Positions 8,948-16,663 of a DNA stretch of 32,000 bases are shown here, in pieces. How positions within the stretch are numbered: position 1 is the first letter of the stretch; each line of letters starts with the position of its first letter. The notes beneath the pieces were generated by a model. The model was not told the origin of the DNA and did no database searches. It worked only from the letters and a program-made list of their open reading frames with translations. This DNA is from Sinorhizobium meliloti. Its GTDB lineage: Bacteria > Pseudomonadota > Alphaproteobacteria > Rhizobiales > Rhizobiaceae. The stretch covers positions 840,001 through 872,000 of the forward strand of contig NZ_JAGIOS010000002.1 of assembly GCF_017876815.1 (NCBI RefSeq), written 5' to 3'. Both the position numbers and the translations under genes were made by a program.

Positions 8948-9145
8948 TCGCCGGCAGTCCAGCCGGGCCGATCCGGCCGACACTTGCGTTGGCGAAGCGC
9001 CGCATCCGAGCGGCCGCGCAAATCTCCCCCAGACGTTGCAACAGACGCGGTACCCTTAGTAGATCATAATTTTAGTAGACTATTGACAGCGGACCGGATT
9101 GTGACAGGATCGAGCCCCGCAGGTCGGATAAGAGAAGGATAAGGC

Positions 9146-9334
9146 ATGTTCTATCTCGGCGGAATGACCCTCGGCTACCTCGTCCCACCCCCGCGCACCG
9201 GCGTGGCCCGCAAACCTGCGGTGAGCAAGGAGCCGGCGAACGATCGTCCCGACCGGGAGAACGCCCCGGGCGACGGCGAACGGGATCAGGAGTGGGCGCG
9301 TGCCTTCCTGGCGCCGTGGCACCTCTTCTATTGA
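9146..9334 (+). CDS. hypothetical 62-aa protein (hydrophobic N-terminus, PPP motif)
   Basis: GAAGGA lies 6 nt before the ATG. Third codon positions are strongly G/C, typical of coding sequence in this DNA. Sequence: MFYLGGMTLGYLVPPPRTGV.... No family recognised. Confidence 0.45.
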   Translation: MFYLGGMTLGYLVPPPRTGVARKPAVSKEPANDRPDRENAPGDGERDQEWARAFLAPWHLFY

Positions 9335-9502
9335 AGCGCCTCTGCTGCATGTCCTTCTCTTGAAGCGGCGACGCGTCAGGAAACATGCGGGAGGGCTGTC
9401 GTCTTGGCGCGAAATGGGTAAGGTACGGGGTCGTTTACGAGCGAGGGCCCCGCCATTTCCAGCAATCGTGCCTACACCGAAGAAAAACGCCAGGAACAGC
9501 CC

Positions 9503-10210
9503 CTGTCGCTGCATCAGAGAATTCTGAGCGAGGTCGAGGGCCACATTCTTTCCGGCGACTGGCCGCCGGGGTACCGCATTCCTTTCGAGCACGAACTCAC
9601 GGAGCAATACGGCTGTTCGCGAATGACCGTGAACAAGGCCCTGAGCGAACTCGTGAAGCGGGGACTGATCGAGCGGCGGCGCAAGTCCGGAAGCTATGTC
9701 AGCTTTCCGCAGGTCCAATCCGCGGTGATGGAGATTCACGACGTCAAGCGGGAGGTACAGTCCCTTGGGCTCGACTACGCCTACCGTCTCGGCGAGCGAG
9801 CGGTGCGCAAGATGCGTGCCGGCGATGAGGGGCGCATCGATCTGCCTGTATCGTCGCGGCTTCTCGATGTTACCTGCCGCCATTTTGCCGGCGGCCGCGT
9901 TTTCTGCCTCGAGGAGCGGGTGATCAATCTTTCGGCGGTGCCGGAAGCCGAAACCGAGACGTTCGAGACCGCCGCCCCGGGCTCGTGGCTGCTCGGCAAG
10001 GTGCCGTGGAGCACCGCGGAGCATCGCATAAGGGCCGTCGCGGCAAGTCGCCCGACGGCACAGGCGCTCGAAATTGCGGTCGGTGCGGCCTGTCTCGTCA
10101 TCGAGCGCCGGACCTGGAGCGGCGGCGTACCGGTCACCAGCGTGCTGCTCACCTATCCCGGAGATCGCCACGAACTCGTCGCGGAGTTCGCGCCGAGCGC
10201 GCCCGCATAG
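9503..10210 (+). CDS. GntR-family regulator, HutC/FarR subfamily (wHTH + UTRA domain); start codon uncertain
   Basis: In frame: ...PLSLHQRILSEVEGHILSGDWPPGYRIPFEHELTEQYGCSRMTVNKALSELVKRGLIERRRKSGSYV, then a UTRA-like C-terminus. The frame is open from 9422. There is no ATG/GTG/TTG before 9623, which would cut the HTH. Candidate starts are CTG 9503 (AGGAA 6 nt upstream) and ATT 9455 (GAGGG 7 nt upstream). Confidence 0.75.
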   Translation: MSLHQRILSEVEGHILSGDWPPGYRIPFEHELTEQYGCSRMTVNKALSELVKRGLIERRRKSGSYVSFPQVQSAVMEIHDVKREVQSLGLDYAYRLGERAVRKMRAGDEGRIDLPVSSRLLDVTCRHFAGGRVFCLEERVINLSAVPEAETETFETAAPGSWLLGKVPWSTAEHRIRAVAASRPTAQALEIAVGAACLVIERRTWSGGVPVTSVLLTYPGDRHELVAEFAPSAPA

Positions 10211-10328
10211 GCCGCGTCAACTCCTGCTAACGCGCAATTTTTGCAAGAAAAAGCACCAATCTCTGGCGCTTTGGCTCGTCGAGGGGCATCCTGTCGGCAG
10301 TGTCATCCTGGCAGAGGGAGGAACGCCG

Positions 10329-12290
10329 ATGCGCTGCTTTACTGTACTCGGTCCTTCGCAGATCGGAAAATCCACGCTCGTGGAGAGGGTGGGCTCGCTG
10401 GGAGGCGAGCCGAAAAAATCAGTTACGCCATATGGATTGGGTCTCACCGAATTCGAATTCGGCGGCGAGGCCTGGTGCGCGCTCGACGTCCCCGGCAACA
10501 ACGAGGCCCTGGCGCATGCGCAGCATGCGTTGCTCGCGAGCGACGCATGTGTTCTCTGTGTTTCGCCGATATTGGACGAGGCGGTTCTCGCCGCCCCTTA
10601 CTTGCGCATGATCGAGGCGTCCGGCACACCCTGCATCCTCTTCATCAACCGCATGGACGAGCCGCGAGGGCGCATAAGGGACATCGTCGCCGCCCTGCAG
10701 GATTTCTGCAGCCGCCCGCTCATCCTGCGGCAGATTCCCATCCGCGACGGCGACAGGATCATCGGCAGCTGCGATCTGATTTCGGAGCGAGCCTGGCGCT
10801 ATCGCGAGGGACAGCCTTCCTCCCTCTTCGAGATCCCCGAAAGCGCGCTCGAGCGCGAACACGAGGCACGCGCGGAGCTTCTCGAGCATCTTTCGGAATT
10901 CGACGATTGGCTGCTGGAAGAACTCATCGAGGACCGCGAGCCGGCGAGCGACGCGATCTATTCGATCTCGACACGGGTTCTGAACGAAAACAAGATCATT
11001 CCGGTGCTCCTCGGCTCGGCCAGCCACGGCAACGGCCTGATGCGGCTGATGAAGGCGCTCCGGCACGAGGCGCCGCGCGCCGAAGCGCTGAGAAAGCGCC
11101 TAGCCGCGGGTGCCGGCGTCGACGAGACGACGCTCCTCGCGGTCAGTTTCCATGCCCATTATCGCCAGAGCGTCGGCAAGACGGTTCTTGCCCGCGCTCT
11201 CCAGAACGGAGTGAAGCAGGGGGCGACGCTCGGCGGCGCAAGTCTCGGCGCTTTGCAGGATCCCGCAAGCGGCCGGCCCATCGGCTCGGGCGTAACCGAG
11301 GCGGGCCAGCTCTTCGGAGCGGTGAAATCCGACCACCTGCCGGTCCCGTCGCTGTTGACGGCCGGTGCGGCCGTCGCTCCGCCCGACTGGACGACCCCGC
11401 CGACCCCCATGCTCGAACGGATACTGGTGCCGGCGAGCGAACGCGACGAGACCAAGCTCTCCGAGACCCTTGCGAAACTCGCCGAGACCGATCGCGGCCT
11501 GAAGGTGATGCAGGAGGAGGGGACAGGGGCGCAGCTCGTTTGCGCTCAAGGCCCGGTGCATCTGCGCGAAGTCTGCAGGACGTTGTCGGACGTCTTCCAT
11601 GTCGAGGTGAGCGACCGGCCCCCGAGCCCGATCTACCGGGAGACCGTTTCGAAATCCTCGGACGTTCATTACCGCCATCGCAAGCAGACCGGCGGGGCAG
11701 GGCAATTCGCGGATGTGAAGCTCAGCGTCCATCCGAACGGGCGAGGCGACGGATTTTCCTTTGCCGAGACGGTCAAGGGCGGTGCGGTGCCGCGCAATTA
11801 CATTCCTGCGGTCGAGGCGGGCGCACGCGAGGCGATGGAGAAGGGCCCCCTCGGCTTCAAGGTCATCGACGTCGGCGTGCTGCTCACCGATGGCCAGCAC
11901 CATTCGGTCGACAGCTCGGAATATGCGTTCCGCACGGCCGGCAAGCTTGGCGTCCGGCAGGCGCTGTCGCAGGCCGCCTCCGTCCTGATGCAGCCGGTCT
12001 TTCGCGTCGAAATCCATGTCCCCTCGGTCTATTCGGGCAGTCTCGTGCCGATCGTTGCCTCGTTGAAGGGCCAGGTGCTCGGCTTCGATCGGGACGAAGC
12101 CGCGAAAGGCTGGGACATCTTCCGCGCCCTTCTACCCGGCAGCGCGCTCGACGATCTGGCGCGCTCGCTCAGATCCGCCACCCAGGGAATCGGCTATTTT
12201 TCCAAGAACTTCGATCATTTCGAGGAACTCTACGGCAAGGAAGCCCAGGCGATCGTCACCGCACACGGAGCGCCGGCCAACGAGCATTGA
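10329..12290 (+). CDS. EF-G-like translational GTPase paralog (divergent G domain)
   Basis: ATG at 10329 follows GGAGG. G1 is GPSQIGKST, G3 is DVPGN, G4 is NRMD. EF-G domain IV/V-like segments are present (GGAGQFADVKL..., HSVDSSEYAFRTAG..., SGSLVPIVASLKGQVLGF). Length is 653 aa. Confidence 0.85.
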   Translation: MRCFTVLGPSQIGKSTLVERVGSLGGEPKKSVTPYGLGLTEFEFGGEAWCALDVPGNNEALAHAQHALLASDACVLCVSPILDEAVLAAPYLRMIEASGTPCILFINRMDEPRGRIRDIVAALQDFCSRPLILRQIPIRDGDRIIGSCDLISERAWRYREGQPSSLFEIPESALEREHEARAELLEHLSEFDDWLLEELIEDREPASDAIYSISTRVLNENKIIPVLLGSASHGNGLMRLMKALRHEAPRAEALRKRLAAGAGVDETTLLAVSFHAHYRQSVGKTVLARALQNGVKQGATLGGASLGALQDPASGRPIGSGVTEAGQLFGAVKSDHLPVPSLLTAGAAVAPPDWTTPPTPMLERILVPASERDETKLSETLAKLAETDRGLKVMQEEGTGAQLVCAQGPVHLREVCRTLSDVFHVEVSDRPPSPIYRETVSKSSDVHYRHRKQTGGAGQFADVKLSVHPNGRGDGFSFAETVKGGAVPRNYIPAVEAGAREAMEKGPLGFKVIDVGVLLTDGQHHSVDSSEYAFRTAGKLGVRQALSQAASVLMQPVFRVEIHVPSVYSGSLVPIVASLKGQVLGFDRDEAAKGWDIFRALLPGSALDDLARSLRSATQGIGYFSKNFDHFEELYGKEAQAIVTAHGAPANEH

Positions 12291-12302
12291 CCGACAGCAC
12301 GT

Positions 12303-12328
12303 AGCGCGCCGTATCGATACGGCGCGCT
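12303..12328 (+). terminator. hairpin downstream of the EF-G-like gene
   Basis: Perfect 26-nt palindrome AGCGCGCCGTATCGATACGGCGCGCT 13 nt after the stop. Only a weak T tract (TTCT) follows. Confidence 0.45.
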
Positions 12329-12345
12329 TCTGATCGTTCCTGGCG

Positions 12346-12437
12346 GAGCACACACTTTCCTCATCCCGCTCTAACCCTTTGCAACGATGCACTTTAGGAC
12401 GGAGAACCGTTACACACTTTTCCTGGAAGTGCTCTAG
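12346..12437 (-). repeat. two head fragments of a RIME/REP-like intergenic repeat family
   Basis: CACACTTTCCTCATCCCGCTCTAA and CACACTTTTCCTGGAAGTGCTCTAG are similar to 22505-22531 and to the reverse complement of 26291-26303. Confidence 0.7.
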
Positions 12438-12943
12438 CCCCGCACCGGCAGCGGCAGGGCAACCTGTCGCGAGCCGATGATCGCGGCTGCGCCGAGCGCC
12501 ATGCTTGCCGCCAGCAACAGGGCCTGCGCGACGACGAAGGGGGCCTCGGTTTGCGTCGGTGCTATCGATTGCAGTGCCGGAACCTTCAAGAAGCTCTGCA
12601 CGACAAGAACGAAAAGGTTGAGATAGAGCGCGAAAGTCGCGCTCACGGCATAGGCGGGCCCCGCCCGGCCGCGGAGCCCAAAGACATGGAGTGCGGCAAG
12701 AGCGATGGCGAGGGTGAGGACGGAAATCGCTCCGACTACCAGTGCGGGCGTGATCCCGCTGAAAGGGAAGAGGAAGCCGGTAATGCTAGTCGCCGCGGTG
12801 GTGACGAGAAAGACTGCGTGCCAATGGCCGAGCCAACGGCCGGCGCCGAGCGCCGGGAGGGCGACGAGGCCGCTTGCGATGCCGATCAGACTGACGACGA
12901 CGTGCAGGGCGAGGAGGGTCTCGATGGAAGATCCGGGGATCAT
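12434..12943 (-). CDS. hypothetical integral membrane protein (about 4-5 TM)
   Basis: ATG at 12943 (MIPGSSIETLLALHVVVSLIG...) is preceded by GGAGA. The protein is hydrophobic throughout. Its stop codon lies inside the repeat fragment. Confidence 0.6.
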   Translation of the reverse strand: MIPGSSIETLLALHVVVSLIGIASGLVALPALGAGRWLGHWHAVFLVTTAATSITGFLFPFSGITPALVVGAISVLTLAIALAALHVFGLRGRAGPAYAVSATFALYLNLFVLVVQSFLKVPALQSIAPTQTEAPFVVAQALLLAASMALGAAAIIGSRQVALPLPVRG

Positions 12944-13038
12944 GGTGATCTCCTGTGGGCCGGGAAGGAGCGGGGAGGGCGACGGCACAGCCGCTACCCT
13001 CGACGGAGGTTACTGATAGTGCGAGGCGCTGTCGGTGA

Positions 13039-13866
13039 TCAGGCTTCGATAAACTCGAGCAGATCGGCGTTGAAGCGGTCCTGATAGGTCTGCGTCAGAC
13101 CATGATCGGCCCCCTCGTAGACCTTCAGTACGGCGTGCTTGACGATCTTGACGGTCGAGAGCGCCGAGGCGCCGATCGGCACGATCTGGTCGTCGTCGCC
13201 GTGGAGCACCAGGGTCGGCTTGTCGAACTTCGCCAGGTCGGCATTGAAGTCGCTTTCGGAGAAGGCGCGGATGCTGTCGAGCTGGCCCTTGAGGCCGCCC
13301 ATCATGCCCTGCAGCCAGAAGCTCTCGCGGATCCCCTCGGAGATGGCAGCACCCTCGCGGTTGTAGCCGTAGAAGGGGATCGTCAAATCCCTGAAGAATT
13401 GCGAGCGGTTGTCGTAGGTGCCTTTGCGAATGCCGTCGAAGACGTCGATCGGCAGGCCGCCGGGGTTGGCCTCGGTTTTGAGCATGAGCGGCGGCACCGC
13501 GCCGATCAGCGCCACCTTCGCCACGCGCCCGGTGCCGTGCCGGCCGACATAACGGGTAACCTCGCCGCCGCCTGTCGAATGCCCCACAAGGATCACGCTC
13601 CGCAAATCCAGCGCCTCGATCAATTCGGCAAGGTCGTCGGCGTACCGATCCATGGTGTTGCTGTCCCACACCTGGTCCGAGCGGCCGTGGCTGCGGCGGT
13701 CGTGAGCGATGACGCGGTAGCCCTTGTTTGCAAAGAAGACCATCTGCGCATCCCATACGTCGGCCGTGAGCGGCCAGCCATGGGAGAAGAGGATGGGTTG
13801 AGCATTGCGCGAGCCCCAGTCCTTGTAGAAGATGCGGGTGCCGTCCCTGGTGGTGATCGTAGCCAT
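13039..13866 (-). CDS. alpha/beta hydrolase, non-heme chloroperoxidase / arylesterase type
   Basis: [33 protein letters not shown]...[10 protein letters not shown]...[10 protein letters not shown]...ADHGL shows the classic haloperoxidase Ser/Asp/His pattern. ATG 13866 has better SD spacing than 13875. Confidence 0.9.
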   Translation of the reverse strand: MATITTRDGTRIFYKDWGSRNAQPILFSHGWPLTADVWDAQMVFFANKGYRVIAHDRRSHGRSDQVWDSNTMDRYADDLAELIEALDLRSVILVGHSTGGGEVTRYVGRHGTGRVAKVALIGAVPPLMLKTEANPGGLPIDVFDGIRKGTYDNRSQFFRDLTIPFYGYNREGAAISEGIRESFWLQGMMGGLKGQLDSIRAFSESDFNADLAKFDKPTLVLHGDDDQIVPIGASALSTVKIVKHAVLKVYEGADHGLTQTYQDRFNADLLEFIEA

Positions 13867-14012
13867 TTTCTTCATCCTTAGCGGGTTGGAAGATTGCCGG
13901 TTGGCGTGCTGTACTTGCCGCCCCCCGTGCTTGAAGAATTAGGCCGATTGCGAAATGATCGGGATTGGCGGATCGGACATTAGGCGGGCCGAAACCGACA
14001 AAGAGGTGCGAC

Positions 14013-15002
14013 ATGGCGAAGGGACGAGCACTGCCATCGAAGGCCGAGATCGGACTCATGCTTTATCCGGGTTGCCAGATGGCGATGGTCCACGGCATGA
14101 CGGATCTCATCGGCATAGCGGGTCAGTTCTCCGCCGAGCGCGGCGGACCGGTGGCGCGGATCACTCACTGGCGGCTTCAGGACGACGGCTGTCTTGCGCG
14201 ATGTTTCGACACCCATCCCGAACTCGGGTCACGGGAAGCGCCGGAGATCCTGCTTGTCCCCGGCCGGCTGACGGGACCGATGGAGGCAGAGGAAGCGGCG
14301 CCCTATGCGCGCTGGCTGCTTGACCGGCATGCCAAGGGCGCGACGTTGGCATCGACTTGCGGCGGCACCTTCGTGCTTGCGGCGACCGGCCTGCTCAAGG
14401 GTCGCCCGGCGACGACGCACTGGCTGTTCGCCAACGCCTTCCGCGACCGTTTCCCCGACGTCCGGCTCGATCCGGACAAGATCGTCATCGAGGACGGCGA
14501 CATCATCACCGCCGGCGGCCTCATGGCGTGGACCGACCTCGGCATGCGCCTCGTGGACCGCCTGTTCGGTCCGACGGTAACGGTCGAGACCGGGCGCTTC
14601 CTGCTCATCGATCCGGCCGGACGCGAGCAGCGGCACTATTCCAGCTTTTCGCCGCGTCTCAATCATGGCGACGAGGCGATTCTCAAAGTGCAGCATTGGC
14701 TGCAGACGCGCGAGGCCCGCGCCGTCAGCGTCGCGGAGATGGCAAAAGTGGTGGCGATGGAGGATCGCACGTTCCTGCGCCGTTTCAAGGCGGCGACAGG
14801 AATGAAGCCGATCGAATATGCGCAGCATCTGCGCGTCGGCAAGGCGCGTGAGCTCCTGGAGTTCACCAAACGCTCGGTCGAACAGATCGCCTGGTCCGTC
14901 GGTTACGAGGACGCGGCTGCCTTCCGCAAGCTGTTCCACCGCATCGTCGGGCTGTCTCCGGGCGACTATCGGCACCGTTTCGCCGTAGCGGCTGCCGGGT
15001 AG
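14013..15002 (+). CDS. GlxA-family AraC-type regulator (DJ-1/PfpI-like domain + AraC HTH)
   Basis: GGTFVLAATGLLKGRPATTHW... forms the N-terminal domain. The AraC HTH C-terminus is ...SVAEMAKVVAMEDRTFLRRFKAATGMKPIEYAQHLRVGKARELLE...VGYEDAAAFRKLFHRIVGLSPGDYR. AAGAGG precedes the ATG at 14013. It is divergent from the hydrolase gene. Confidence 0.85.
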   Translation: MAKGRALPSKAEIGLMLYPGCQMAMVHGMTDLIGIAGQFSAERGGPVARITHWRLQDDGCLARCFDTHPELGSREAPEILLVPGRLTGPMEAEEAAPYARWLLDRHAKGATLASTCGGTFVLAATGLLKGRPATTHWLFANAFRDRFPDVRLDPDKIVIEDGDIITAGGLMAWTDLGMRLVDRLFGPTVTVETGRFLLIDPAGREQRHYSSFSPRLNHGDEAILKVQHWLQTREARAVSVAEMAKVVAMEDRTFLRRFKAATGMKPIEYAQHLRVGKARELLEFTKRSVEQIAWSVGYEDAAAFRKLFHRIVGLSPGDYRHRFAVAAAG

Positions 15003-15413
15003 CTTGCGCGGTGGACGGCAGCGTGCCGGCGTCGCTTTTTTCGCGCCCGCGGCTGCGGAACAAATTTTGGTCTGAAGAATTAACAGGTGTCGCTTCTGTC
15101 CCCCAGCGACATTCAGGACCCCAACCTGTTGCAGTGCCCGCGTCATCCCCTGCGCGGGCACTCGCATGTCTGCGAAGCGATTCCCCGCCGGCCCTCGGTT
15201 GACGACGCAAGCGGGACCCCGCCAAGCGGCGAGGCCCCGCCTCAAGTGTCGCTAAAAAGGTTTAGGTCCTTGTATAGGTGGGAAGCCAGGAAGCTAGAGT
15301 GCCATCCGCGCCCATCTATAGGACCTTGGTCCGACCCCGTAAGGGCAAAGGTCTTAGGCCCGTTGCCAGCTGTGCCTCAGGGTACATATTGCAGCATTCG
15401 CGCCGCTGGAGTC

Positions 15414-15518
15414 TGGAGCGGACAGTGTGTGCGGTCTGCCGCCGGCATTCCGCTCTGGCTCCTTGCACGATCACGTTCCATGATTTTGGGTCGACGGGGC
15501 CTAAAGTCATCGTGATCT
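15414..15518 (+). repeat. RIME/REP-like intergenic repeat, degenerate full copy
   Basis: GGAGCGGACAGTGTGTGCGGTCTGCCGCC...CACGTTCCATGATTTTGGGTCGACGGGGCCTAAAGTCATCGTGATC aligns by eye with 26291-26400 and with the reverse complement of 22432-22531. Confidence 0.65.
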
Positions 15519-15554
15519 CGGCAGGGGAACAACTCAACCGGATGGATCTCTCCC

Positions 15555-15953
15555 ATGGCATTGTCGGACTACGGACGGAACACCACTGTTTCTGAAGCGT
15601 GTTTCAGGACGATCACCCACCCGTTGACGAACCTGATCTGCATTATCGTGGCCGTGTCGATCGCCGCTTTCGCGAGCGTACCGACAGGCATTCCCCCATA
15701 CATGCTCGCGCCGATCGGTTTCATGCTGGTTATCCTGATCGACCCTGCAGGAATTGCATCTAGATTGAAGGCGCGCTCCGGGAGGCAGGGCGCCACGGCT
15801 GGCCGCTCGGAACCGGTGGCCGACGGCTGGCAGGCCAGCGGAAACGGTTGGAGCCTGACATTCCAACGCAAACGCGGCCTGACGAGAGGAGCGGCTCGGT
15901 CGAATATCGCCGCTGCTGCAAGGGAACGCGCGGCCGATAGCTGCCGCCGCTGA
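15555..15953 (+). CDS. possible small membrane protein (weak call)
   Basis: The first 65 or so codons have G/C-rich third positions and encode two hydrophobic segments (LICIIVAVSIAAFASV, YMLAPIGFMLVILI). The rest is Arg/Ala-rich and less convincing. No clear SD. Confidence 0.3.
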   Translation: MALSDYGRNTTVSEACFRTITHPLTNLICIIVAVSIAAFASVPTGIPPYMLAPIGFMLVILIDPAGIASRLKARSGRQGATAGRSEPVADGWQASGNGWSLTFQRKRGLTRGAARSNIAAAARERAADSCRR

Positions 15954-16131
15954 ATTCGAACCTGAGCAAGCGAACTGATCGCCAAGCTCTGAAGCATGAA
16001 GGCAACAGGGCGAAGGCCGCCACAAGCCTCAGGACGCCCCGTCGTATGCTGACGAGAAGGTGTTCAGGAAAACAGTGCGGCGAACCCCACGCCTTGCAAG
16101 CCTGTTGCCGTACTGCGCAGAGCATCTGCTG

Positions 16132-16160
16132 TTGACGAACGTAATGGTATAACATAATAA
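16132..16160 (+). promoter_or_regulatory. putative sigma70-type promoter for the riboswitch-led operon
   Basis: TTGACG at 16132-16137 and CATAAT/TAATAA at 16153-16160, in the only AT-rich patch upstream of the riboswitch. Spacing of 15-17 nt is ambiguous. Confidence 0.3.
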
Positions 16161-16269
16161 ACTCGCCGTAGTGAAATATCGCCGTAGCATTAGCCGGATC
16201 GGCATTAGCCGGATTGCGTGTGGGAGATAACCGTTGCCTTCCACCTTGACCGGCGGCTGCGTTCCACAT

Positions 16270-16480
16270 TAACTGGGACCGACGGTTCCCCTACCCGTGA
16301 GGTGGAGGGGATTAATAGGGAACACGGTGCGGACGACCCAAGAGGGACCAAAACCGTGGCTGCCCCCGCAACTGTAAGCGGATCGTCGTTCGTCCTTGTG
16401 GCGCCAACGCGCCAGCCACTGCGCGCGTTGCGCGGGAAGGCAGATGAGCGACTCTGTCCGTGAGCCAGGAGACCTGCCGT
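16270..16480 (+). promoter_or_regulatory. cobalamin (B12) riboswitch
   Basis: Hallmark core: GGTTCCCC...GTGAGG...AATAGGGAACACGGTG...GCTGCCCCCGCAACTGTAAGCGG...GCCACTG...GGGAAGG. The B12 box GAGCCAGGAGACCTGCC is at 16462-16478. It lies upstream of an Fe/B12-type ABC importer. Confidence 0.85.
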
Positions 16481-16663
16481 CAAATCGATCCAACGTCACG
16501 GGCGGGGATGCCCGGAACAGGAGCAAGCCATGACCGTCTTTCGCGCCTCGCGGCGCACGCTTTCATCAGTTTCCCCGAGGTCCAGCCGTCACTCGTCCGA
16601 TCGAACCCGATCGGCAGGCTGACCATCACGGCCGCCTAGCGGCCTCACACTCGGGGACTATTC

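Noticed and set aside
9080-10171. 363-aa minus-strand ORF
   Set aside because: It is antisense to the well-supported HutC-type gene. Its composition is Arg/Ala/Gly/Pro-rich with no motif, typical of a high-GC shadow ORF.
10211-10328. Sigma54-like TGGCGC motif between the HutC-type and EF-G-like genes
   Set aside because: The GG-N10-GC spacing and the -12 TTGC element are not satisfied.
10241-12304. 687-aa plus-strand ORF in an alternative frame of the EF-G-like gene
   Set aside because: Extremely Arg/Gly/Ala/Pro-rich nonsense. The overlapping frame has clear GTPase and EF-G motifs.
15008-15046. Intrinsic terminator after the GlxA-type gene (T6 run at 15036-15041)
   Set aside because: The preceding GC-rich segment forms only a 4-5-bp interrupted stem in my hand folding. 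That is too weak to call.
13010-15245. Long ORFs 13010..14059(-), 13102..13881(+) and 14229..15245(-)
   Set aside because: They overlap the chloroperoxidase-type hydrolase and GlxA regulator genes in the wrong frame or strand, and have no recognisable motifs.
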